Assembly: GCA_044425835.1 (NCBI GenBank)
Contig: JAWXUZ010000001.1
Span: 1 to 61,062 of the forward strand
Origin: Bacillota bacterium
Lineage (GTDB): Bacteria > Bacillota > Clostridia > Lachnospirales > Anaerotignaceae
Length of the DNA stretch: 61,062 nt
Direction: 5' to 3'
Shown: positions 8,756 to 18,842 of the stretch, one piece after another
Numbering within the stretch: position 1 is the stretch's first letter
Layout of the letters: each line of letters opens with the position of its first letter
Translations under genes and position numbers: made by a program
Notes under the pieces: generated by a model
What the model was told of the DNA's origin: nothing
Database searches by the model: none
What the model saw: the letters and a program-made list of their open reading frames with translations, nothing else

Positions 8756-8839
8756 GGAATCATTGATTTATTGTAGTCGATATTTTCGGAAAATTGAGTT
8801 TCTGAAAGAGTCTACTAAAATAAATCAATGGTTTCTTAA
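8752..8839. mobile_element. 80-bp MITE-like palindromic element flanked by TTAA
   Basis: TTAAGGAATCATTGATTTATT vs AATAAATCAATGGTTTCTTAA: 21-bp inverted repeat with 2 mismatches. Confidence 0.5.
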
Positions 8840-8974
8840 TTAAATTTAAAAAAAGTATGGAAATTATTCTGAAAATAGTTTATAATAGGTAGATAGTTTC
8901 ATTTTGTCTATTTTTTTTAGCCAAACACGAAAAGTCGTCAAGAAAGTGTACTATTGAAAAGGGAGCTGATATAC

Positions 8975-11212
8975 ATGAAAACATTATCTTTGAAAGAAAT
9001 TTTTGAGCTGATCAATGGAGAACATAAAAATCCACATGAAATCCTTGGTATGCACGTAGAAAAACAAAAAGGCAAAACTGGAAAAAATGTAGTTGTCATT
9101 CGTGTCTTTTTGCCCGGCGGTCAAAGTGTGACTGTCATCGATCAAAAAAACAAAAAGAAACGCTACGAAATGAAAAAAATCCATCTCGATGGTTTATTTG
9201 AAGCCGTAATCGAGGACAAAAAAGAATGGTTTCCGTACTTATTGGAATACACAAACCATGAGGGCGTATCATGGGAATCGTACGACCCATACGCATTTTT
9301 ACCTACAATTTCTGAATACGACAGATACTTATTCGGCAATGGCACACATTATGAATTGTACGAAAAAATGGGTGCAAGACTCATCAAACACCAACTCGAT
9401 GTGTCGCAAGAGGCAACGGGCAAAAATGCAATTTCTGGTGTTGCGTTTACTGTTTGGGCCCCGAATGCACGCAACGTGTCTATCATCGGGAATTTCAACC
9501 AGTGGCACACCGAACGTCACCCTATGAGAATGCTTGGAGAATCAGGCATATGGGAGTTATTTGTTCCAGGGCTTGAAGAGGGCGACCAATACAAATTCCA
9601 TATCACAAAAGCAGATGGCACTGCCGTAGACAAAGCCGATCCATTTGCAAAATTTTCAGAAGTGAGACCGTTCAATGCCTCCGTAATTTTCGGCAAAAAA
9701 GCCTACAAATGGGCGGATAAAAAATGGTTGAATGCACGTCAAAAAGCAGACCACAAAAAAGCACCGATGAATATTTACGAAGTCCATCTCGGTTCTTGGA
9801 AACGCACACCAGAGGGCGAATTTTTGTCATACGATTTCTTTGCAGAAGATTTGGTTGCTTATGTCAAAGAAATGGGTTATACACATATTGAATTATTGCC
9901 TGTGGCAGAGCATCCATTTGATGGCAGTTGGGGATACCAAACATCAGGATATTTTGCTCCGACGAGCCGTTTTGGCAATCCAGATGCATTCCGTAACCTC
10001 GTCAATGAGTGTCACAAGGCAAATATCGGTGTCATCTTAGACTGGGTACCTGCACATTTTCCAAAAGACGAATTCTGCTTGGGTCGATTCGACGGTACCG
10101 CTCTCTATGAACATTACGATGCTCGCCTTGGCGAACACCAACAATGGGGTACGTACATCTTCAACTATGGCAGAAGTGAAGTGTCAAACTTCTTAATCAG
10201 CAATGCGTTGTACTGGTTCAAAGAATTTCATATTGATGGATTGCGTGTCGATGCCGTTGCGTCAATGCTATACCTTGATTTCTGTAAAAATGAGGGCGAA
10301 TGGTTGCCAAACATTTATGGCGAAAGAGAAAATATCGAAGCCGTTGAATTTTTGAAACATCTAAACTCTGTAATTCACGACCAAGACTTGGGCGTGTTGA
10401 TGATTGCAGAAGAATCCACTTCATGGGAAGGTGTCACAAAATCAGCCAAAGACGGCGGTTTGGGCTTCGATTTCAAATGGGATATGGGTTGGATGAACGA
10501 CTTCTTGTCCTACGTAAAAACATTGCCTGAACACCGTAAATTCCACCAAAACTACCTTACATTTGCTATGGCGTACCACCACAGCGAACACTATATGATG
10601 CCAATTTCTCACGATGAAGTCGTACATGAAAAAAGCTCTATGGTCGGAAAAATGCCGGGGGACGATTGGCAAAGATTTGCAAATTTACGTGCAAGCTACG
10701 GCTATATGATGACGCATCCGGGTAAAAAATTACTCTTTATGGGTAGTGAGTTTGGACAATACCAAGAATGGTCGGAAGCAAAAAGTTTGGATTGGCATTT
10801 GCTCGAATTTGACGACCATAGCGAAACACAAAATTACGTCAAAGACCTCAATCATATGTATTTGGAATACCCTGAATTTTGGAGTGAAGACAGCGAAGAA
10901 CACGGTTTCCAATGGATTGATTGTGACAACAATGAAATTTCTGTGCTGTCGTTCCTTCGCCGTGCAGGAAATGAAGAACTTTACGTGATTTGTAACTTTA
11001 CACCACAAACACATACAAACTTTGGTATGGGTGTGCCATTTGGCGGTGAGTACAAAGAAATTTTCAATAGCGACAAAGAAATCTACGGCGGTAGTAATGT
11101 CGTAAATGAGGGAGCTCTTTTCACGATTGAATCAGAATGGAACGGATTCCCACAACATTTGGAAATTGCAGTGCCTCCACTTGGGATTTCTGTTTTCAAA
11201 AGGGTGAAATAA
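8975..11212 (+). CDS. glgB: 1,4-alpha-glucan branching enzyme
   Basis: IYEVHLGSW, SWGYQ, LDWVPAHF, DGLRVDAVASM, IAEEST, SHDEVVH. Confidence 0.97.
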   Translation: MKTLSLKEIFELINGEHKNPHEILGMHVEKQKGKTGKNVVVIRVFLPGGQSVTVIDQKNKKKRYEMKKIHLDGLFEAVIEDKKEWFPYLLEYTNHEGVSWESYDPYAFLPTISEYDRYLFGNGTHYELYEKMGARLIKHQLDVSQEATGKNAISGVAFTVWAPNARNVSIIGNFNQWHTERHPMRMLGESGIWELFVPGLEEGDQYKFHITKADGTAVDKADPFAKFSEVRPFNASVIFGKKAYKWADKKWLNARQKADHKKAPMNIYEVHLGSWKRTPEGEFLSYDFFAEDLVAYVKEMGYTHIELLPVAEHPFDGSWGYQTSGYFAPTSRFGNPDAFRNLVNECHKANIGVILDWVPAHFPKDEFCLGRFDGTALYEHYDARLGEHQQWGTYIFNYGRSEVSNFLISNALYWFKEFHIDGLRVDAVASMLYLDFCKNEGEWLPNIYGERENIEAVEFLKHLNSVIHDQDLGVLMIAEESTSWEGVTKSAKDGGLGFDFKWDMGWMNDFLSYVKTLPEHRKFHQNYLTFAMAYHHSEHYMMPISHDEVVHEKSSMVGKMPGDDWQRFANLRASYGYMMTHPGKKLLFMGSEFGQYQEWSEAKSLDWHLLEFDDHSETQNYVKDLNHMYLEYPEFWSEDSEEHGFQWIDCDNNEISVLSFLRRAGNEELYVICNFTPQTHTNFGMGVPFGGEYKEIFNSDKEIYGGSNVVNEGALFTIESEWNGFPQHLEIAVPPLGISVFKRVK

Positions 11213-11284
11213 AGGGAAATTTTATAAGAAATTTGAAGATTCATAAGAAAAATGAAGAAAAATAAAAAAAAGATGGATTTCGTA

Positions 11285-11313
11285 TTGACTAAACATGAAT
11301 TTTTGTGTATAAT
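11285..11313 (+). promoter_or_regulatory. sigma-A promoter of rpsU
   Basis: TTGACT-17-TATAAT with TG. Confidence 0.75.
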
Positions 11314-11395
11314 TTTTAGTTGTACGATAAAAACGAGTCTGGCGTTTTTATCATAATTAGTATAGCGAATCTCGCATCTGGAGGGAGGGAAATTC

Positions 11396-11572
11396 ATGTC
11401 AGAGGTAAAAGTAAAGGAAAATGAATCCTTAGATAGTGCATTGCGTCGTTTCAAAAGAACTTGTGCTAGAGATGGTATCATGGGAGAAGTACGTAAAAGA
11501 GAACATTATGACAAACCTAGCGTAAAACGTAAGAAAAAATCCGAAGCAGCTAGAAAACGTAAATTCAAATAA
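11396..11572 (+). CDS. rpsU: 30S ribosomal protein S21 (58 aa; below the ORF-track size cutoff)
   Basis: Manual translation [58 protein letters not shown]; RBS GGAGGGAGG. Confidence 0.97.
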   Translation: MSEVKVKENESLDSALRRFKRTCARDGIMGEVRKREHYDKPSVKRKKKSEAARKRKFK

Positions 11573-11665
11573 AAAGAGTACAATCAATTTATTTGAATTG
11601 CATTGCATTATTACTGTATTATACAAAATTATAGTAGCATTCGGTGAATGAAAAGAGATGATAAT

Positions 11666-12118
11666 ATGTCAATGAAAGAAAGACTTTTTGCAGACTTAAA
11701 AACTGCAATGAAAGAAAAAGATGCTGTGCGTAAAGACACCGTTCAATTGGTGCGTTCAGGAATCCTTCAAATCGAAAAGGACAATAAAATTGAGCTTGAC
11801 GATAATGGGGTGATGGAAGTAATTACGAAGCAGCTAAAGAGTAGACGAGATGCATTGCCTGAATTTGAAAAAAGCGGGCGTGTGGATTTGACTGAAAAAC
11901 TCAACCAAGAAATTGGTATATTGCTAGATTACCTTCCAGAGCAATTAAGCGAAACTGAAATCCAGACTATCGTAAATGAAGCAGTTCTTACAGTCGGTGC
12001 AACCTCCATAAAAGATATGGGTAAAGTCATGGCGGTGGTAACACCTAAAGTGCTAGGTCGTGCAGATAATAAAATTGTTGGCAGTCTTGTGAAGAAAATG
12101 CTCCAAGGCGATCTATAA
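11666..12118 (+). CDS. yqeY: GatB/YqeY domain protein
   Basis: LKTAMKEKD, GR.DL..K...E, YLPEQLS, KDMGKVM; canonical position after rpsU. Confidence 0.92.
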   Translation: MSMKERLFADLKTAMKEKDAVRKDTVQLVRSGILQIEKDNKIELDDNGVMEVITKQLKSRRDALPEFEKSGRVDLTEKLNQEIGILLDYLPEQLSETEIQTIVNEAVLTVGATSIKDMGKVMAVVTPKVLGRADNKIVGSLVKKMLQGDL

Positions 12119-12130
12119 TATGTATGCAAG

Positions 12131-12164
12131 AAAACTCCGTAATCGAAAGATTATGGAGTTTTTT
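12131..12164 (+). terminator. Intrinsic terminator after yqeY
   Basis: AAAACTCCGTAATC-GAAA-GATTATGGAGTTTTTT. Confidence 0.8.
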
Positions 12165-12278
12165 GTTTTTTGTCCAAATGTTGGAGAGGAATTTATAGGG
12201 GGGCAACTCGCCCCAATAAGAACTACAATAGCACGGATTTGATTTTTTTAATTTACCCCAAATAAAGTTTGTAGCCAT

Positions 12279-12306
12279 AAAAAAGGGCAACCCTTTCAGG
12301 TCGCCC
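12279..12306 (-). terminator. Intrinsic terminator after pgi
   Basis: Minus strand GGGCGACC-TGAAAG-GGTTGCCC-TTTTTT. Confidence 0.75.
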
Positions 12307-12339
12307 ATTCTTACGCTCTATTCCATTTTCTCGTATTTC

Positions 12340-13668
12340 TTACAAACGAGCTTCCAATTCTTTTTTCAAATCTTCAAATCCAGATTTTCCAAGAAGAGCA
12401 AACATATTTTTCTTGTACGCTTCCACACCTGGTTGGTCAAATGGATTGACATCAATCAAATATCCGCTGATACCCAATGCTTTTTCAAAGAAGTATACGA
12501 GCATTCCGAAATGTTTTGCATCGGTTTTGTCAAGCTCAATGACCATATTTGGCACGTCGCCATCCATATGTGCAAGCATAGTCCCTGCAAATGCTTTGTT
12601 GTTTACAAAACTCATTTCTTTGCCTGCTAAGAAATTAAGTCCATCGCCATCGAGTTCATCGAAAGGCACTTCAACTGCTTTTTTTGTTTCGTTGACCCAA
12701 AGAACTGTTTCAAAGAAATATCTTTTTCCGTCTTGGATATATTGTCCGATAGAGTGCAAATCAGTCGAGAAGTTTCCGCAAGTTGGGAAAATACCTTTGC
12801 CGTCTTTGCCTTCGCTTTCAGCGTAGAGTTGTTTATACCATTCACCAAAAGATACGAGATGTGGTTCGTAATTTGCAAGCAACTCAATCGATCTACCTTT
12901 TTTGTGGTATAGGTAACGAGCCACAGCGTATTGGTATGCCATGTTGTCTTTGATTGAAGTCGAAGAGAACATTTTGTGTGCCTCTGCAGCTCCAGCCATT
13001 ACTTCGTCAATATTGACACCAGATACTGCCATTGCAAGCAAACCAACTGCTGTAAGGACAGTAAAACGTCCCCCCACATCATCAGGAATGACAAATGTTT
13101 CGTATCCATTTTTGTTGCACATTTCTTTCAATGCACCACGTGCTTTGTCTGTCGTTGCAAAAATTCTTTCTTTGCTGCCTTCTACACCATATTTTTTTTC
13201 GAGTAAGTTTTTGAAAATACGGAACGCAATAGCAGGTTCAGTAGTTGTACCTGATTTCGAGATGACATTCACAGAAAAATCTCTGTCGCCTAAGATTTCA
13301 ATGATATCATTGAGGTAGTCTGAGCTGATGTTATTTCCTGTATAGTAAATGCTTGGTGTATCTTTTTTCTTTTCATTGTAGTATGGAGATTGGATAAAAT
13401 CAACTGCTGTTTTCGTACCAAGATACGACCCACCAATCCCAATGACGATCAAAACTTCGCTTTGTTTTTGGATTTTTTTTGCAGCAGCTTTGATACGAGC
13501 AAATTCTTCTTTGTCGTAATCAATTGGCAAATCAACCCAACCTAAAAAGTCATTGCCTTTGCCTGTTTTTTCGTGAAGTCCTTTGTGACAAGCCAAAACA
13601 TCAGCTTCAACTGCCATAATTTCTTCCATTGTCATTGTGTCGCCTTGTAAATGAAATTTCATTGCCAT
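12340..13668 (-). CDS. pgi: Glucose-6-phosphate isomerase
   Basis: [38 protein letters not shown]. Confidence 0.97.
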   Translation of the reverse strand: MAMKFHLQGDTMTMEEIMAVEADVLACHKGLHEKTGKGNDFLGWVDLPIDYDKEEFARIKAAAKKIQKQSEVLIVIGIGGSYLGTKTAVDFIQSPYYNEKKKDTPSIYYTGNNISSDYLNDIIEILGDRDFSVNVISKSGTTTEPAIAFRIFKNLLEKKYGVEGSKERIFATTDKARGALKEMCNKNGYETFVIPDDVGGRFTVLTAVGLLAMAVSGVNIDEVMAGAAEAHKMFSSTSIKDNMAYQYAVARYLYHKKGRSIELLANYEPHLVSFGEWYKQLYAESEGKDGKGIFPTCGNFSTDLHSIGQYIQDGKRYFFETVLWVNETKKAVEVPFDELDGDGLNFLAGKEMSFVNNKAFAGTMLAHMDGDVPNMVIELDKTDAKHFGMLVYFFEKALGISGYLIDVNPFDQPGVEAYKKNMFALLGKSGFEDLKKELEARL

Positions 13669-13731
13669 TTGTAAAATCCTCCTTTTATACGATACATTGT
13701 AATGTCCGATTGCAAACCAATCGGTATATCA

Positions 13732-14886
13732 TCAAAGTGTGCCTTGTACGATAATTTCCGTTACAGGTTCCACCAAGATTTCTTTGGAAATTTCTTTTTC
13801 TTCTTCGACAAAGCCATTGATTCTTGTAATTTGAATGGTACTTTGCTTTTGCCCTGCCTTGCCTTGTTGTGTGACTTTTTTATATGAAGACGGTTGTGTC
13901 GGATCATCTTGAATGATCGTTTCTTTTGGTTCTACTGTCGTCAGTACTTGTGTTTCGACTGTTTTTACTGAAATGACAGGTTTTTCCACTGGCACATTGA
14001 TGGTTTCGCCAAGTTTTGTCCCCGACTCAATCGTCATACCGGGGTTCATATCAATCAAATTCTCGACAGTCGTATTGAATTTTTGAGCCAATACGAATAA
14101 GTAATCACCAGTCACTACGGTGTATGTCCCTGTCACGACATTTGTCGTCCCCAAATATTTTTCAGCTTCTGCAATGGAGAGCAGTGTCTCTTGCGAAACG
14201 TATGCTTCTGTGATTACGACATCTTCAACGAAAGAGACTTCCACATTTTCCGCCTCCACTGGTGTATGTACTGCTTTGATTGAGTCAAGTACCGCATTTG
14301 CATCTTCTTCATTTTTCAAAGATGCAAGCAGTGTGCCATTAGAAAGGATATTCGATGCCAGCACATCATACGTAACTGCCCCACGCAATTTCGGCAAGAG
14401 ATAATCGACGGTACATACATCTTTTTCCCTATCGTTTGTGACACGGATTTTCTCCGTTGTGATGAACTCTATGATTTTAATTTCCGTACCGACTTCTTGT
14501 TCAATTTGTGCTTTCACGAGGGCAGAAACACTTTCGCTCGTCGTTGACATATCTTGCAATACACCGTAACTTTCCCCACTGACGAAGACTTCCACGCCAT
14601 TTTTTCGCACAAACATATAAATCGCTGCAAAAATAAGCAACACGATAACACCGTAAATCAGCAACTGCTTGTACATCGCATTCGACTCTCTGGATCGTCT
14701 TTTTTTGGTCGCCTCACTTTTTTGGGGATTGCGATTTTTTTGGGTTCTCGGTTCCATTTCTTCTATTGGTTTTCGTTTTTTCTTCTTTTTCTTTTGAGGT
14801 GATTCACCTGAAGTATCCCTTTCATTTTTTTTATCTCCGTACGTCACTCTATCTTCTCTGACTGGAAATGATTTTTTATCCTTCAT
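13732..14886 (-). CDS. Membrane-anchored LysM + G5 domain protein
   Basis: Basic N-terminus, TM helix, YTVVTGD..LAQKFNTTVENL..MNP (LysM), QQGKAG..EPVTEIIVQGT (G5). Confidence 0.8.
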   Translation of the reverse strand: MKDKKSFPVREDRVTYGDKKNERDTSGESPQKKKKKKRKPIEEMEPRTQKNRNPQKSEATKKRRSRESNAMYKQLLIYGVIVLLIFAAIYMFVRKNGVEVFVSGESYGVLQDMSTTSESVSALVKAQIEQEVGTEIKIIEFITTEKIRVTNDREKDVCTVDYLLPKLRGAVTYDVLASNILSNGTLLASLKNEEDANAVLDSIKAVHTPVEAENVEVSFVEDVVITEAYVSQETLLSIAEAEKYLGTTNVVTGTYTVVTGDYLFVLAQKFNTTVENLIDMNPGMTIESGTKLGETINVPVEKPVISVKTVETQVLTTVEPKETIIQDDPTQPSSYKKVTQQGKAGQKQSTIQITRINGFVEEEKEISKEILVEPVTEIIVQGTL

Positions 14887-14907
14887 GAACTACCACCACC
14901 TTTCTTT

Positions 14908-15092
14908 CAAACAAACAAAACTGTTCAGAACCTTGTTTTTTAAGACCGTGGACGCTGTCCACACCTGCCATTTTTTAAAAAAAATGGAGTAAAACTTTAT
15001 TTTTTCAGATATTAATGTAACGAAAAATTTCTGAAACCGAATATTTCGATATTGCTTGTTGGGGTGCTGAATAGTTACAAACAAACAAAACT
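14908..15092. mobile_element. MITE-like element with direct-repeat flanks and a nested family B copy
   Basis: CAAACAAACAAAACT at 14908-14922 and 15078-15092; imperfect IR AACTGTTCAGAACC / GGTGCTGAATAGTTAC; family B (GGA variant) at 14942-14998. Confidence 0.6.
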
Positions 15093-15095
15093 AGA

Positions 15096-16094
15096 TCATT
15101 CTTCCAAACGCTTCAAAAAACGAATGTCATCACCATAAAATTCCATGATCGCAAATTCACCTACAATACGAGAGGTGATGCGATCGAAATACACACCTTG
15201 AATTTCTTCTACAGATAAATTGGTCGAAATGATGATTGACTTTCCAGCCAAGTGGCGATCGTTTATGATCCGAAACAATTGTGACTTCGTATACACCGTT
15301 GGAAATTCTGCACCGAGGTCATCAATAATTAGCAAATCAGCTTCCAACAAATCGTTGTCCCATTCTTTGAATTCCTCTGCGGTTTCCGAATTATTATGAA
15401 AGCGTTGTGCTTCTAATTTTTGGAACAATTGCCCTGACGAAAAATAAAGCACGACAAAGCCTTTTTCCAATAATTCACTTGCAATACAGTTGCTAAGAAA
15501 TGTTTTTCCAAGCCCTGGTGTCCCTGTCATGAATAAATTTTTCCCCGTAGGAAATTTCTCAATAAAGTCCATACATTCTCGGAAAATACTCTTTGCATTT
15601 TCACGAGGTGATTTATCGTACATAACAGGAACGATATCGCCATATACGTCAAATCTGAAATTCAAAAAGTTATCCGTACGAATTTGTTGTTTTATGTTGG
15701 ACTGGTCGTAAATTTTATCCATGATTTTTTGTTGCAAGCAAATGCAACGTTCCTGTCCGATATAGCCTGTATCATCGCATTTTTCACAACTATACTGTAG
15801 ATCGAGTACAGTTGTTGGGAATTTATTTTCTTCTAATATTGCATCTCTTTCTTGCAATAAGCGTGCTTGGTCGCTACGCAAACGCTCCACCACTTCCTCT
15901 GGAGTCAAATTCTGTTCGACAATCAACCTCATAGAGGTTGTGGCTGTTTTTGAAAGTTCGCTCTCGATTTCTCGCAGTCTTGGCAGTTTCACAAAGATAC
16001 GTTCTTTGCGTTCATGCCATTCATTTTCATTCATGGTGCGTATTTTATCTAGCTCACGCAGTGCTTCTTTGAATAATACTGTTCTTGTCGCCAC
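15096..16094 (-). CDS. DnaC/DnaI-like helicase-loader ATPase
   Basis: CEKCDDTG..CIC zinc motif, GTPGLGKT, LLIIDDLG, ISTNL, RITSR; follows the DnaD gene. Confidence 0.88.
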   Translation of the reverse strand: MATRTVLFKEALRELDKIRTMNENEWHERKERIFVKLPRLREIESELSKTATTSMRLIVEQNLTPEEVVERLRSDQARLLQERDAILEENKFPTTVLDLQYSCEKCDDTGYIGQERCICLQQKIMDKIYDQSNIKQQIRTDNFLNFRFDVYGDIVPVMYDKSPRENAKSIFRECMDFIEKFPTGKNLFMTGTPGLGKTFLSNCIASELLEKGFVVLYFSSGQLFQKLEAQRFHNNSETAEEFKEWDNDLLEADLLIIDDLGAEFPTVYTKSQLFRIINDRHLAGKSIIISTNLSVEEIQGVYFDRITSRIVGEFAIMEFYGDDIRFLKRLEE

Positions 16095-16132
16095 TTAAAA
16101 TACACCTCCTTTTGTTTGATTTTGGGAATCTC

Positions 16133-17218
16133 TTACCATTTATTACGGGCTTTTCTTTGCATTTCTTTGATTCGATCATGATCCATTGGTTTCCCTTTGA
16201 AATTATTGAATTTATCTTGTTTTGGTGCTTGTTGTGTTTGGTAATTGTTTTGTTTTGCATTTCCTCTCGGGGTTTTTTTCTTTTCTTGAAACGCACGGTC
16301 TGCTTCTTCTATCTCGGTTAAGGAGTTTATGCCTTGTTTCTTCCAATTCAGTATGATGGTATCTGCGTAAGTAAAACTAGTATCGCCCGTATTTAGGACT
16401 GTTTTTTCGCACGCTTTGACTACCATTTCCAAGGGCATTTCGAGTTCGACAAGCCATTTTTTTATGTAAATTTCTTCAGGGTCATTCGGTGTGCGTTTAT
16501 AGTGGCCAAAGGCTTTCATGATTTCCTTATAACCATTTTGACGCATATCGACTTGTTCCATCGCCGCCTCGACAGTACGAATGTGTTGATCCGCCCATGT
16601 GATAGCCACTTTTTCTGTATAACGCATGCCTTTGAAACCATCTTTTGAGCAATACGCAAAGAGTAGGTCTATGACTTCAATCGGCAAGCCGAGCCAATCG
16701 TAGAAACTAAAAATCGTTGCGATATCACTATGGGACAATGGCTTTGCGATCTTTTTATGAATGCTCTCGATCAATTGCTTCAAAGAGTCGTGCTTGATGT
16801 ATTGTGCAAGTTCTTCTGGTTTGTACGTTGGTTTTTCGTCCAACGCTACGAGGCGAACTTGTTTTGGGTCTTCTTTTTTTACTTTGCTTTTTTTCAAAGT
16901 CTTTTCTTGTTTTGCTTGTTGGTCTTGTTGTTCTTCATCGATTGCTTTGTTGATTTTGATTTCCTTGATGATCGGTCTCGTGGAACTTGAGAGTGATTTC
17001 ATATCAACGACTTCAAGTTTGGTAAATAAATTTCTTTCGTCCCAATATTTCCACGCTTTTAAGACGTCACTTTCTAAAATATTCAAGCGGTCTGCCACTT
17101 CTGCTGCGGTGGCTTTCGGGTACGTTTCTGTCATCAAATAAACACAGACGTACAGTGGTGGTGCAAAAGGCAATTCGTCCTCAATGAATTCTTTTTTAAT
17201 TTGAATGTGATTTGACAT
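16133..17218 (-). CDS. DnaD/DnaB domain replication protein
   Basis: Two DnaB_2-type repeats (YTEKVAITWADQHI, YADTIILNWKKQGI). Confidence 0.88.
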   Translation of the reverse strand: MSNHIQIKKEFIEDELPFAPPLYVCVYLMTETYPKATAAEVADRLNILESDVLKAWKYWDERNLFTKLEVVDMKSLSSSTRPIIKEIKINKAIDEEQQDQQAKQEKTLKKSKVKKEDPKQVRLVALDEKPTYKPEELAQYIKHDSLKQLIESIHKKIAKPLSHSDIATIFSFYDWLGLPIEVIDLLFAYCSKDGFKGMRYTEKVAITWADQHIRTVEAAMEQVDMRQNGYKEIMKAFGHYKRTPNDPEEIYIKKWLVELEMPLEMVVKACEKTVLNTGDTSFTYADTIILNWKKQGINSLTEIEEADRAFQEKKKTPRGNAKQNNYQTQQAPKQDKFNNFKGKPMDHDRIKEMQRKARNKW

Positions 17219-17377
17219 CTTTTATACACCTACCTTATTTTTGCTGATTTATTTTATTCTATACATAGTATATCACATTTTTTTAGACAAGAAAAGATAT
17301 ATTTCTAATGAAATAAATAATTAATGAAAACGCTAAGGATTTTGCGATTTCGTTCTGGTAAAGAGAAGATAAAAGAT

Positions 17378-17643
17378 AAGACCTTGGGGCTTTGCCCCAA
17401 ACCCCACAATTTTTTTTAAAAAAATTGAGTAAAACTTTGACTTGCTAGCCTTAGTACTCTAAATATTTTACATTTTTTGCAATATTTAATTGGAATATCA
17501 ATATGTAGGGGCGACCTGTGGTCGCCCGCTTGCATTTCCGCCACCTTGTTTTAAAAAACATTTAATTGGGGGAGCAACATCAAAGCCTAGCTTCCACTTT
17601 TTTCAAAGGTGTTTGGTAGTAGGGTTTGGGGCTTTGCCCCAAT
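17378..17643. repeat. Composite repeat cluster: family B (+), REP A, family B (-, degenerate)
   Basis: 17378-17438, GTAGGGGCGACCTGTGGTCGCCCG at 17505-17528, 17618-17642. Confidence 0.85.
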
Positions 17644-17693
17644 ATCTCCCCCTAATCAGACAAAAAAGAAGATGGAAACTTCCCACCTTCTCA

Positions 17694-18755
17694 TCATTTA
17701 TTTTTATTTTTCAACTGCACATTGAAATAGTAAATCAAAAAACTAAGCACCACCACAGTCACCACCACAATGACAAACACACGGGCATCTGTAAATGAAA
17801 TGAATATCGCAGTCCCCCCAAGGATTATACTCACACCATACAGAATCAAAACGGCTGCACGTTGGCTAAATCCATAATCAATGAGTCTATGGTGCAGATG
17901 TCCACGGTCGGGTTGCATCACAGATTGTCCCTTTGCAATGCGTCGCAACATCGCAAATAGCGTATCCAAAACAGGCAAGCCAAGGCACAATACGCTAACA
18001 CCAACTGCCAATAAAGCATATCCCTTAAATACACCGATGATACTCGTCACAGCGAGGACAAATCCCAAAAAAGTAGAACCTGTATCGCCCATGAAAATCT
18101 CTGCTGGATTGAAATTTCTCGGCAAAAAGCCGATACACACACCGAAAATCGCAGTAGTCAAAAATACTGCCGTCGTGCTTCCTGTCAAAATACAAAGAAT
18201 CATTAGACTGAGTGCTGCAATCGACGACACACCTGCCGCCAAACCGTCTAGCCCATCAATGAAATTGACTGCATTTGTGACACCTACAATCCAAACCAAA
18301 GTAATCGGTACACTCAGCGTTTCTAAAGTAGCAGTCACAGGCCATAAGACGATTTCTATGCGAGTCCCTGAAAAAATGACGATGAGTGCCGCAATGATTT
18401 GTACACAAAATTTCAATTTTGCTGGTAGATTTTTGATATCGTCAAAAGCACCAAGAATGGCTATGATTGCTGCTCCAATCAAAAAGCCTAAAAATTCTTT
18501 GGTGTGAATGAGTGGGTTATCTAAAAAATATACGAGTGAAACGGATACCATAAATCCAATCACCATTGCAACTCCGCCCATACGAGGCATAGGCTCTTTG
18601 TGTACACCACGGTCTTTTGGGTAATCAATGGCACCGAATCGAAACGATAGCCATTTTGCAAAAGGTGTAGTCCACAGAGTCACCAACGCTGCCGAGGAAA
18701 AGGTCGCCAAATATAACCACCAGTTATGCTCTATCAAAAAATCCTCTCCTAACAA
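17694..18755 (-). CDS. tagO: Undecaprenyl-phosphate GlcNAc-1-phosphate transferase (TagO/WecA, MraY family)
   Basis: PRMGG, GAFDD, NAVNFIDGLDGLA, IFMGDTGS, DRGHLHHRL. Confidence 0.9.
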   Translation of the reverse strand: MLGEDFLIEHNWWLYLATFSSAALVTLWTTPFAKWLSFRFGAIDYPKDRGVHKEPMPRMGGVAMVIGFMVSVSLVYFLDNPLIHTKEFLGFLIGAAIIAILGAFDDIKNLPAKLKFCVQIIAALIVIFSGTRIEIVLWPVTATLETLSVPITLVWIVGVTNAVNFIDGLDGLAAGVSSIAALSLMILCILTGSTTAVFLTTAIFGVCIGFLPRNFNPAEIFMGDTGSTFLGFVLAVTSIIGVFKGYALLAVGVSVLCLGLPVLDTLFAMLRRIAKGQSVMQPDRGHLHHRLIDYGFSQRAAVLILYGVSIILGGTAIFISFTDARVFVIVVVTVVVLSFLIYYFNVQLKNKNK

Positions 18756-18842
18756 AATGCGTGGTAAAACCGCATTGCAAATAACAGCATACCTACCAAC
18801 AAAAATCCTTGCATGGTAGGTATGGGTTCATTATTATTATTA

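Noticed and set aside
15096-17218. Prophage replication module (DnaD + DnaC-like)
   Set aside because: No integrase or structural genes; this pair is a normal chromosomal feature in Clostridia.
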